Source: Comamonas sp. lk
Lineage (GTDB): Bacteria > Pseudomonadota > Gammaproteobacteria > Burkholderiales > Burkholderiaceae_C
NCBI GenBank assembly: GCA_945861345.1
Contig: CAMATX010000003.1
Coordinates: forward strand, 2,782-66,781
DNA length: 64,000 bases
Direction of reading: 5' to 3'
Shown here: in pieces, positions 41,118 through 48,169 of the stretch
Numbering within the stretch: position 1 is the stretch's first letter
How the letters are laid out: every line of letters begins with the position of its first letter
Notes under the pieces: generated by a model
Databases searched by the model: none
Told to the model about the DNA's origin: nothing
The model's input: only the letters and a program-made list of their open reading frames with translations
Position numbers and translations under genes: made by a program

Positions 41118-41666
41118 ATGCTTTGCTTTGGCGCTTCAGACCCACAACACGCCTTGTTCACCGGTGTAGGCATCATGGATGAATTTTCAAAGAAGTGGGT
41201 CATGCGCAAAGACAGCCTGCGTGTGCTGGCGCCGCCCCTGCTTGAGGCCCTGACGCGCGCCGATTTGCCAGCGACCCAAAAAGCACTTTCGGCTATCGAG
41301 GCACAAAAACTTCCCGGTATTGCGCCTAAAGCGCCAACACTGCGTGCGGACGATGCCGCAGCCGCCCGCGCCATGCTTGAAAGTTTAGCCAGCGCCATCC
41401 GCGCCTGGCGTGAGCGCCTTCCTGAAGAACTTCAGCCCGCTTTGCTAGCCATCGTGCATGGCGGGGCGCCGATCGAGGTGGATGCTTTGGCATTAGAGGG
41501 ATTTGCGGCGATCGCGCTCTCCGGCAATTGCCAGGGGCATCGGCGCCAGATTCTGGTGCCGCCGCAGCATGTTCAGTTTTTGTGCGTGCCGCGCAATGCG
41601 GAGTCCGCGCGGCAAGGGCCTGCCGCCATCGGCTTTCGGATTGACGGACGCAGCTTCGAGGCCTAA
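41118..41666 (+). CDS. Hypothetical protein (no recognisable domain)
   Basis: The open frame has ATG at 41118 preceded by AGAGGTGG, with an alternative ATG at 41175 (MDEFSKKW...). It lies behind an AT-rich promoter-like stretch. The track N-terminal extension overlaps the MFS gene. Confidence 0.5.
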   Translation: MLCFGASDPQHALFTGVGIMDEFSKKWVMRKDSLRVLAPPLLEALTRADLPATQKALSAIEAQKLPGIAPKAPTLRADDAAAARAMLESLASAIRAWRERLPEELQPALLAIVHGGAPIEVDALALEGFAAIALSGNCQGHRRQILVPPQHVQFLCVPRNAESARQGPAAIGFRIDGRSFEA

Positions 41667-41687
41667 ATTGAAGCGTCCAACTTGCGG

Positions 41688-41999
41688 CTAAAACGAAACG
41701 CGCCCGCGCAGCATGTCCGACCACATGCGCCAATCGCCCATAAAGCTCCACAGCGGGTACTTGAACGTAGCGGGCCGGTTGTGCTCAAAGAAGAAATGCC
41801 CCACCCAGGCAAAGGCATAGCCCTGCACCAAGGCCAGCAAAATCAACCACGGCTCTTGGGTGGCCAAAGCGGTACCCAGCAGAACCAGCGCCACGCTCGA
41901 ACCCGCAAAATGCAAGCGCCGCGACACCGGATGGGCGTGTTCGGCAAGGTAAAACGGATAGAAATCCGCGAAACTCTCGAAAGGGGCTTGGCTTTCCAT
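41688..41999 (-). CDS. DUF962 / Mpo1-like membrane protein
   Basis: Reads MESQAPFESFADFYPFYLAEHAHPVSRRLHFAGSS...GHFFFEHNRPATFKYPLWSFMGDWRMW, the signature of this family. I prefer ATG at 41999. Confidence 0.75.
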   Translation of the reverse strand: MESQAPFESFADFYPFYLAEHAHPVSRRLHFAGSSVALVLLGTALATQEPWLILLALVQGYAFAWVGHFFFEHNRPATFKYPLWSFMGDWRMWSDMLRGRVSF

Positions 42000-42084
42000 A
42001 CGTCTCTCCTGGGGCTGAGCAGCTATCTTATACGGGCTGGCTTGCTTTCGCAGGACAATCTGCCTTTTGCGCAATAAGCCACAT

Positions 42085-43155
42085 ATGCCCCACAGCCCCG
42101 ACCAAAGCCGCACCGACAACACCCGCATCCGTGCCATCCGACCGCTGATTTCACCGGCCTTGCTGCAAGAGCAACTGCCCGCCTGCGAGGCGGTGCTGGC
42201 CACGGTAGAGGCCAGCCGCCACGCTATTTGCGATGTGCTTGAGGGCAAGGACGACCGCCTGTTGGTGGTCGTGGGGCCGTGCTCCATCCATGACCATGAT
42301 CAAGCGATGGAATATGCGCACTGGCTCAAAGGCCAATCTGCGGCGCTGGGCGCTGATTTATTGCTGGTGATGCGCACCTATTTTGAAAAACCGCGCACCA
42401 CCGTGGGCTGGAAGGGCTATATCAATGACCCGCACCTGGACGGCAGCTTCTCCATCAACGAGGGCTTGGCCTTGGCACGCAGCTTGTTGCTCGATATTGT
42501 GGGAACCGGCCTGGCAGTTGGGACCGAGTTTTTGGACCTGCTCAGCCCTCAGTACATCAGCGACCTGGTGAGCTGGGGCGCCATTGGTGCGCGCACCACC
42601 GAGAGCCAAAGCCACCGCCAGCTCGCCAGCGGCCTGAGTTGCCCGGTGGGTTTTAAAAATGGAACCGATGGCGGTATCAAGGTTGCCAGCGACGCCATGC
42701 TGGCGGCGCGCGCACCCCACGCATTTATGGGCATGACCAAATGGGGCCAGGCGGCTGTGTTTGAGACCGAGGGCAACACCCATTGCCATGTCATCTTACG
42801 AGGCGGCAAGCAGACCAACTACAGCGCTGCCGACGTGCAGGGAGCCTGCGCCTTGTTGAGCGAGAACGGATTGCGCCCGCAGGTAATGATTGATGTCTCG
42901 CACGCCAACAGCAGCAAACAATACCGCAGGCAAATCGAGGTCGCCGCTGACGTGGCCGGGCAAATCGCCGCGGGAGACACGCGCATTACGGGTTTGATGG
43001 TGGAGAGCCACTTGCAAGAAGGGCGCCAGGACATTGTGGCCGGTCAGGCCTTGCAGCGCGGGGTGTCGGTGACGGATGCCTGTATCAGCATCGCGCAAAC
43101 CGAGCCGCTGTTGCAATCACTGGCCGCTGCGGTACGCCAGCGCCGGGGCCAATAA
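42085..43155 (+). CDS. aroG: 3-deoxy-7-phosphoheptulonate (DAHP) synthase, class I
   Basis: Has IRAIRPLISPALLQEQLP...VVVGPCSIHD...KPRTTVGWKGYINDP, the class I-alpha signature. Isozyme (feedback) specificity is unknown. Confidence 0.92.
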   Translation: MPHSPDQSRTDNTRIRAIRPLISPALLQEQLPACEAVLATVEASRHAICDVLEGKDDRLLVVVGPCSIHDHDQAMEYAHWLKGQSAALGADLLLVMRTYFEKPRTTVGWKGYINDPHLDGSFSINEGLALARSLLLDIVGTGLAVGTEFLDLLSPQYISDLVSWGAIGARTTESQSHRQLASGLSCPVGFKNGTDGGIKVASDAMLAARAPHAFMGMTKWGQAAVFETEGNTHCHVILRGGKQTNYSAADVQGACALLSENGLRPQVMIDVSHANSSKQYRRQIEVAADVAGQIAAGDTRITGLMVESHLQEGRQDIVAGQALQRGVSVTDACISIAQTEPLLQSLAAAVRQRRGQ

Positions 43156-43166
43156 AGAGCAGCCGA

Positions 43167-43421
43167 TTAAGGCGTGCGGCGCGGGACCATGGGCCCGCGG
43201 CCCTCGATGTGGCGGAAATTGATTCGGCCTTTGCTCAGGTCGTACGGGGACAGTTCCAGCGACACGCGGTCGCCGGCCAGGATGCGGATATGGTTTTTGC
43301 GCATTTTGCCGGCGGAATAGGCAATCAACTGGTGGCCATTGTCCAAAGTCACGCGAAAACGCGTGTCGGGCAAAACCTCGTTGACCACACCCATCATTTC
43401 AATCAGTTCTTCTTTTGCCAT
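43167..43421 (-). CDS. infA: Translation initiation factor IF-1 (paralog-like, with C-terminal extension)
   Basis: [71 protein letters not shown], an S1-fold IF-1, plus an extra [13 protein letters not shown] tail. Confidence 0.9.
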   Translation of the reverse strand: MAKEELIEMMGVVNEVLPDTRFRVTLDNGHQLIAYSAGKMRKNHIRILAGDRVSLELSPYDLSKGRINFRHIEGRGPMVPRRTP

Positions 43422-43468
43422 AAAGCGTCCTTTGCTCGCATTGCGGATTGTGTCATGTTCGGGGGCGT

Positions 43469-43720
43469 TTAGGCAGCACTTTGGGCGCTATGGGCCCAAC
43501 GAATGCCTTGCTCAAGGGCGTATTGTGCCGCCGCATCGCTCGATTGGAAATTCGGGGTAAAGCGCATGACGCGGTCGGTGCTGGCACTGCCCTTGCCGCT
43601 GGCAATGGATACCTGGGCCGAGAAACGGCCTGCGGTATGGGCGGCGGGCAGGACGGCGATGCGGTACTTTCCGATGGTAATGGGGGCCGAAGAGGCCGAG
43701 TGAGAGTTACTTTGAATCAT
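43469..43720 (-). CDS. Small hypothetical protein (83 aa) upstream of infA
   Basis: Open frame [83 protein letters not shown]. It is co-oriented with infA, 47 nt upstream. I saw no clear Shine-Dalgarno. Confidence 0.45.
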   Translation of the reverse strand: MIQSNSHSASSAPITIGKYRIAVLPAAHTAGRFSAQVSIASGKGSASTDRVMRFTPNFQSSDAAAQYALEQGIRWAHSAQSAA

Positions 43721-43957
43721 TCAACAGGGGAGGTTCACTGGCCATGGCAGGGGCGCGGTGATCTATGGGGAAAAAAGTCGCTTGCAAGGCTTGGGGGCCT
43801 GCTTTGTGGCATCGACTTGCAGTGGCAAGGCGGTAAGTCCTCTGCCGGGACTTCGCGGGCCCCGAAAGGGCTCACACTGCGCATCTAATGTAACACGCCA
43901 AGCCAAAGGCCTAAGATAGCATCCACATCGCCCCGTTTGCGGGCTCGTAGGTGACTT

Positions 43958-44440
43958 ATGAAACTTGACCGCTACGACTGCCAGATTCTTGAAATTCTGC
44001 AAGAAGACGGGCGCATGAATAACCAGGACCTGGCCGAGCGCATCGGCCTTTCACCTTCGCCTTGCCTGCGCCGGGTGCGGGCGTTGGAGGATGCCGGTTT
44101 GATCGTGGGCTACCGGGCCCATTTGGATGCGCGCAAACTGGGGCTGACGCTGATGGCGCTGATCCATATTTCTATGGACATCCATACACCCGAGCGTTTT
44201 GCCAATTTTGAGGCAGAGATTGCGGTGCTGCCCGAGGTGCTGGAATGTCTTTTGATAACTGGCCAGGATGCCGATTACCAAATCAAGGTCGCGGTGCGTG
44301 ATATGGACCACTACCAGTCGCTATTGCTTAACCGCATCACCCGCATTGCCGGCGTGACCGGCGTGCACTCCAGCTTTGTGCTGCGCCGGGTGCTCGACAA
44401 AACCGCACTGATGGTTCAGGCCAGCGCGGCCGGCGATTAA
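43958..44440 (+). CDS. Lrp/AsnC-family transcriptional regulator
   Basis: 160 aa with the HTH region [42 protein letters not shown] and a C-terminal RAM domain. Confidence 0.9.
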   Translation: MKLDRYDCQILEILQEDGRMNNQDLAERIGLSPSPCLRRVRALEDAGLIVGYRAHLDARKLGLTLMALIHISMDIHTPERFANFEAEIAVLPEVLECLLITGQDADYQIKVAVRDMDHYQSLLLNRITRIAGVTGVHSSFVLRRVLDKTALMVQASAAGD

Positions 44441-44697
44441 CGCATATCGGGCAGTTCGATCTTCACCTCGAGCACTTCCAGGTTGTCCTGGCGCTCGAGA
44501 TTGACCTTGATGTCCTCTGCATTGATTTTGATGTATTTGCCGATCACGGCAATCAAATCGCGCTGCAAATCAGCCATGTAATCGGGCTCAGAGGCATTGC
44601 GGCCGCTGCGCTCATGGGCCAAGATAAGTTGCAAACGCTCCTTGGCAACACTGGCAGATTTTTTCTTTTCGCCCAGCAAAAATGAAAGAAATGACAT
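44437..44697 (-). CDS. minE: Cell division topological specificity factor MinE
   Basis: Starts [32 protein letters not shown], 4 nt after the minD stop. Confidence 0.92.
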   Translation of the reverse strand: MSFLSFLLGEKKKSASVAKERLQLILAHERSGRNASEPDYMADLQRDLIAVIGKYIKINAEDIKVNLERQDNLEVLEVKIELPDMR

Positions 44698-44701
44698 GGT
44701 C

Positions 44702-45517
44702 TTAATTTCCGCCAAAAATACGCTTGAAAAAGCCTGGCTTTACCGCTTCGGTAAAGCGCATCGGTTTGTCTTGGCCTAAAAAGCGATCGATCACGTCTTT
44801 ATAGGCTTCGGCCACATCGCTGCCGGTCATGTGTACCGCCGGCACGCCCTGGTTGGAGGCTTGCAGTACCGACTCACTCTCGGGAATTACGCCAATAAGC
44901 TTGATGCGCAAAATATCCTGGATATCGTCTAGCGATAGCATCTGTCCCTGGTCCACGCGCGCCGGGTTGTAGCGGGTAATGAGTAAATGCTCTTTAATTG
45001 GCTCCAAGCCTTCGATAGCGCGCTTGGTTTTGCTGGCCAGCATACCCAAAATACGGTCTGAATCGCGTACGGAAGAGACTTCGGGGTTGGTCACCACCAA
45101 GGCCTCATCGGCGTAGTGCATGGCCATCAGAGCGCCGGTCTCAATGCCAGCGGGAGAATCGCAGACGATGAATTCGAAATCCATGGCCGCCAAATCGTTT
45201 AAGACTTTTTCAACGCCTTCCTGGGTGAGTGCGTCTTTGTCGCGGGTTTGTGAGGCAGCCAAGACGTACAGGTTTTCACACTGCTTGTCTTTGATCAGAG
45301 CCTGGTGCAGATTGGCTTCACCGGTGATAACGTTAATCAGGTCATACACCACGCGGCGCTCGCAACCCATGATCAGGTCCAGGTTGCGCAGACCCACGTC
45401 AAAATCGATCACCGCTGTTTTGTGGCCGCGAAGTGCCAAACCGGTTGCAAAACTGGCGCTGGTGGTGGTCTTGCCGACGCCGCCTTTGCCCGAAGTGACC
45501 ACAATAATTTTTGCCAT
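44702..45517 (-). CDS. minD: Septum site-determining ATPase MinD
   Basis: Starts [18 protein letters not shown] (deviant Walker A) and has a C-terminal amphipathic helix FFKRIFGG. Confidence 0.95.
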   Translation of the reverse strand: MAKIIVVTSGKGGVGKTTTSASFATGLALRGHKTAVIDFDVGLRNLDLIMGCERRVVYDLINVITGEANLHQALIKDKQCENLYVLAASQTRDKDALTQEGVEKVLNDLAAMDFEFIVCDSPAGIETGALMAMHYADEALVVTNPEVSSVRDSDRILGMLASKTKRAIEGLEPIKEHLLITRYNPARVDQGQMLSLDDIQDILRIKLIGVIPESESVLQASNQGVPAVHMTGSDVAEAYKDVIDRFLGQDKPMRFTEAVKPGFFKRIFGGN

Positions 45518-45558
45518 GAAACGCTGTCTTTCCAAATGTAGGGTCAATGTGTTGAATT

Positions 45559-46371
45559 TTACAATTTCAACGGTTCAATAATAATTTTTTCTTTTCCATC
45601 GTCGCTCAAACGCACCTGTGCCGGTTTGCCCAGAACATCGCGGCCCAATTCCTGTTCGGTTGTGCGGTAGACGCCGGCAATAGAGACGAGCTCGGGCTCG
45701 AGCGACAAAGCAAAAATCCGGGCGCTGGTATTGCCTCGGGCACCGGCCATGGCTTTGCCACGCAGAGGGGCGTAAACATGGATGTTTCCATCGGCAATGA
45801 TTTCTGCGCCCCGGTTCACCATGGCTAAAACGATCAAATCGCAGCCCCGGGCATAGACTTTCTGGCCTGAACGCAGCGGTTTGCTTACCACCATGGTCTC
45901 GATCGGAACTTCCCGTACCGGAGCAGACACCGGCGGGCTTGCGAGGGGGGCAGGTGAAGGTTTGGTAGGCGTTGGCTCTGGTTTGGCAGAGTCGGCCGTT
46001 TTGCCGGCCGGACGACGAATTTCCGAGGGTGCCTCGGGCAAACCATTTTTTTTGGCAAAAAGCAAGCTTTCTGCACCTAGGCCACGCACCGCACTGGCAC
46101 TCAATCGGCACTGCACCAGCGTATTGAGCAAAAGATTCCACTGGGGATGGGGCAAGGTAATCTCGGATTGTGAAAAATCCAAAACAATGCCATCGGTATC
46201 AAAAAATTCGGGGCTTTCCCCGTTGGGACCGAACTTGGCTAGTAATTCAGAACAAATTTTTGCCAAGTCTGCGGTTTTCACCAGCAATGCCAACACAGTG
46301 AGCTGCGCACTTTTGATTTCAAAAGAGGCTGGTTCACTGGAAGGGAAGGCGATGTGTGATTGAACCGGCAT
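45559..46371 (-). CDS. minC: Septum site-determining protein MinC
   Basis: 270 aa with a Pro/Ala-rich linker and the C-terminal beta-helix motif (GAEIIADGNIHVYAPLRGKAMAG). Confidence 0.88.
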   Translation of the reverse strand: MPVQSHIAFPSSEPASFEIKSAQLTVLALLVKTADLAKICSELLAKFGPNGESPEFFDTDGIVLDFSQSEITLPHPQWNLLLNTLVQCRLSASAVRGLGAESLLFAKKNGLPEAPSEIRRPAGKTADSAKPEPTPTKPSPAPLASPPVSAPVREVPIETMVVSKPLRSGQKVYARGCDLIVLAMVNRGAEIIADGNIHVYAPLRGKAMAGARGNTSARIFALSLEPELVSIAGVYRTTEQELGRDVLGKPAQVRLSDDGKEKIIIEPLKL

Positions 46372-46668
46372 GGGTTGCTACGCGGGCAGGTAGAAAATCA
46401 AATTTTACTTGATGGAATGAAGCCAACGGGTTCAGAAACGATGCGAATGTCCCTTGAATCTCTTCCTTTTTTTGCCTTGGCTTGATCCGCTTGTATTCAT
46501 TCTTTTCTTTATTTAAAATATAGTAGTAGTAGATAGAGGTGCGCTTATTTCATGAATACAAGGAATTTTCTTATGGAAAACAAACACTTAGCTCAAAGTG
46601 TTGTTTGTGTATGGGCGTGCACATTGGTGTTTGCTGAATATGAACAACTTTGTTCAGCTTGCTTGGCC

Positions 46669-46677
46669 TGTGGATAA
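46669..46677. promoter_or_regulatory. DnaA-box sequence TGTGGATAA (perfect)
   Basis: Exact 9-mer in the AT-rich minC-grx intergenic region. It also supplies the last codons and stop of the small Cys-rich ORF. Confidence 0.5.
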
Positions 46678-46696
46678 GTACCCGCTTATTCCAATC

Positions 46697-46705
46697 TTAT
46701 ACACA
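46697..46705. promoter_or_regulatory. DnaA-box-like TTATACACA (1 mismatch to TTATCCACA)
   Basis: Inverted relative to the box at 46669-46677 and 19 bp away. It has the same convergent geometry as the pair upstream of dnaA. Confidence 0.4.
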
Positions 46706-46831
46706 GCTTTATTAGACGTCTTAGAAATACAAATTTTGTTTTTATCATGTTTTAAAGACTGAAATTTTTTCTCTGGGTTTACAGCGTATGCGGCTATATT
46801 GGACTGTTATTTCGTTTGAAGGAGCTTTTTT

Positions 46832-47197
46832 ATGTCTCGTCCCATTTTGGATGAATCGCGTATTCATCCGGCAGTGCGCCAAACTGTTGCTACGCACCAT
46901 ACAGAAATAGTTGCGCAGGTGGAAGCTGCCATTGCTCAGCATGCCGTTTTGGTGGTGGGTATGGCATTGAATCCCATGCCCAAAAAGGCCCGCGCGGCCT
47001 TGGATGCGGCTGGAATTGCCCATGGTTATTTGGAGTTTGGCAGCTATTTCAATACCTGGCGCAAACGCAATGCGCTCAAGATGTGGACCGGTTGGCCCAC
47101 GTTTCCAATGGTGTTTGTGAAAGGCAACTTAGTTGGTGGTGCCAGCGATTTACAAACCTTGATTACTAATGGCGAGTTAAAAAAACTTTTGGCCTAG
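46832..47197 (+). CDS. Glutaredoxin-fold protein lacking the active-site cysteine
   Basis: 121 aa behind GAAGGAG. The sequence HAVLVVGMALNPMPKKARAAL...WPTFPMVFVKGNLVGGASDLQTLITNGELKKLL aligns with monothiol Grx, but the CGFS position reads NPMP. Confidence 0.8.
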   Translation: MSRPILDESRIHPAVRQTVATHHTEIVAQVEAAIAQHAVLVVGMALNPMPKKARAALDAAGIAHGYLEFGSYFNTWRKRNALKMWTGWPTFPMVFVKGNLVGGASDLQTLITNGELKKLLA

Positions 47198-47225
47198 AAA
47201 AAAGCCCCGAATTCCGGGCTTTTTT
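47198..47225. terminator. Bidirectional intrinsic terminator (A6-GCCC..GGGC-T6)
   Basis: AAAAAAGCCCCGAATTCCGGGCTTTTTT lies between two convergent genes. Confidence 0.65.
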
Positions 47226-47241
47226 CATGCTGTCTGAGGTA

Positions 47242-47718
47242 TCAACCGTGTTGCGGTCCGTGGGGCCATTTGGGTTGGGCCTTGGCATCAAAGACTTTCT
47301 TTTGGTCGGGCGTGAGTACCGCATAAAACGTCTTGACTACAGCGTGGCGCTTTTCCATTTCTGCCATGTGCATGTCATGGCGCTTTTGGTGCATTTCTTT
47401 CATTTTGTCCAGCCGTTCTGGCATGCCGAGTTTTTCCATTTCTGCGTGGTCAGGGCGGGGTGGCCGCGCAGGGGGTGTCATTCCAGTGGCAAACGTAGTC
47501 CAGGCGGCTTCCTGTTCCGCGCTGAGCTTCAGTTCGGCTTTGAGGTGCTGTATATGGCGCTTCATGCGTTCGGCCATTTTTGCGTGGTCCATGCCATGCA
47601 TACCGTGCATGCCTGTTTTACTCCCCTCCTCTTTGGGCGGGTTGGCCTGGGCCACTGCATAGCCGCCTGCCATGGTCAGCGCTGCGGCAAGCATCCATAC
47701 TTTTAAGCTTCGTTTCAT
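47242..47718 (-). CDS. Periplasmic Spy/CpxP-family (LTXXQ-motif) protein with Met/His-rich segments
   Basis: 158 aa behind AGGAG with a signal peptide (AGGYAVAQA). It has LSAEQ and LTPDQ motifs and MHGMHGMDH and HDMHMAEMEKRH stretches. Confidence 0.8.
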   Translation of the reverse strand: MKRSLKVWMLAAALTMAGGYAVAQANPPKEEGSKTGMHGMHGMDHAKMAERMKRHIQHLKAELKLSAEQEAAWTTFATGMTPPARPPRPDHAEMEKLGMPERLDKMKEMHQKRHDMHMAEMEKRHAVVKTFYAVLTPDQKKVFDAKAQPKWPHGPQHG

Positions 47719-47882
47719 TAAATTGCTCCTTTGATGACGCTACCGTGCGAAATACACTGCGCCGTGGCCAAATCCTAAATCGCATGTGTCATTGGCCGAT
47801 AAAGCACGGTCAATGCTTTGTAAAGTTGGATCAAGTTCAGGACTTACAAGGAAAAATCGAAATCCGCCGCCTTTGATATGCG

Positions 47883-48089
47883 TCAATCTGCCACGGCGTA
47901 GCCTTGGGCCACAATGGCTTGCGCCAGGGTCTGGCGTGGTTGGCTCGATTCAATACGCACTTTTCCCGCGCTGCGGTCGATGGTGACCACCGCTTGGGGA
48001 TCCACCTGGTGAATTGCTTTATCGACGGCTTTTTCGCAATGACCACAGGTCATGCCGCTGACTTTTAACTCATAGTGCGAAATAGGCAT
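47883..48089 (-). CDS. copZ: Heavy-metal-associated (HMA) copper chaperone
   Basis: Starts MPISHYELKVSGMTCGHCEKAVDKAI (MxCxxC), 68 aa. ATG at 48089 is preceded by GAGGA. Confidence 0.88.
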   Translation of the reverse strand: MPISHYELKVSGMTCGHCEKAVDKAIHQVDPQAVVTIDRSAGKVRIESSQPRQTLAQAIVAQGYAVAD

Positions 48090-48169
48090 ATTTGTCCTCA
48101 AAAATCCAAATAGGATTATTGTGCACCGGCCTGCCCGACACGATTTGACCCACAGCAAAGGATAGATGC

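Noticed and set aside
46552-46677. Interpreting the Cys-rich peptide as a methanobactin-type RiPP locus.
   Set aside because: No MbnB/MbnC-like, DUF692, radical-SAM or transporter genes are adjacent. This remains only a speculative note within the finding.
46372-46831. Calling this AT-rich region the primary replication origin.
   Set aside because: It has only one perfect and one near-perfect DnaA box. Gene-orientation divergence and the classic rpmH/dnaA context favour 4299-4580. It is kept as a finding but not asserted as oriC.
48090-48169. CueR/MerR-type operator in the copZ-copA divergent spacer.
   Set aside because: There is no ACCTTCC..GGAAGGT-like dyad and no 19-bp-spaced -35/-10 pair. 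The only repeat is a 5-bp AATCC-N5-GGATT.
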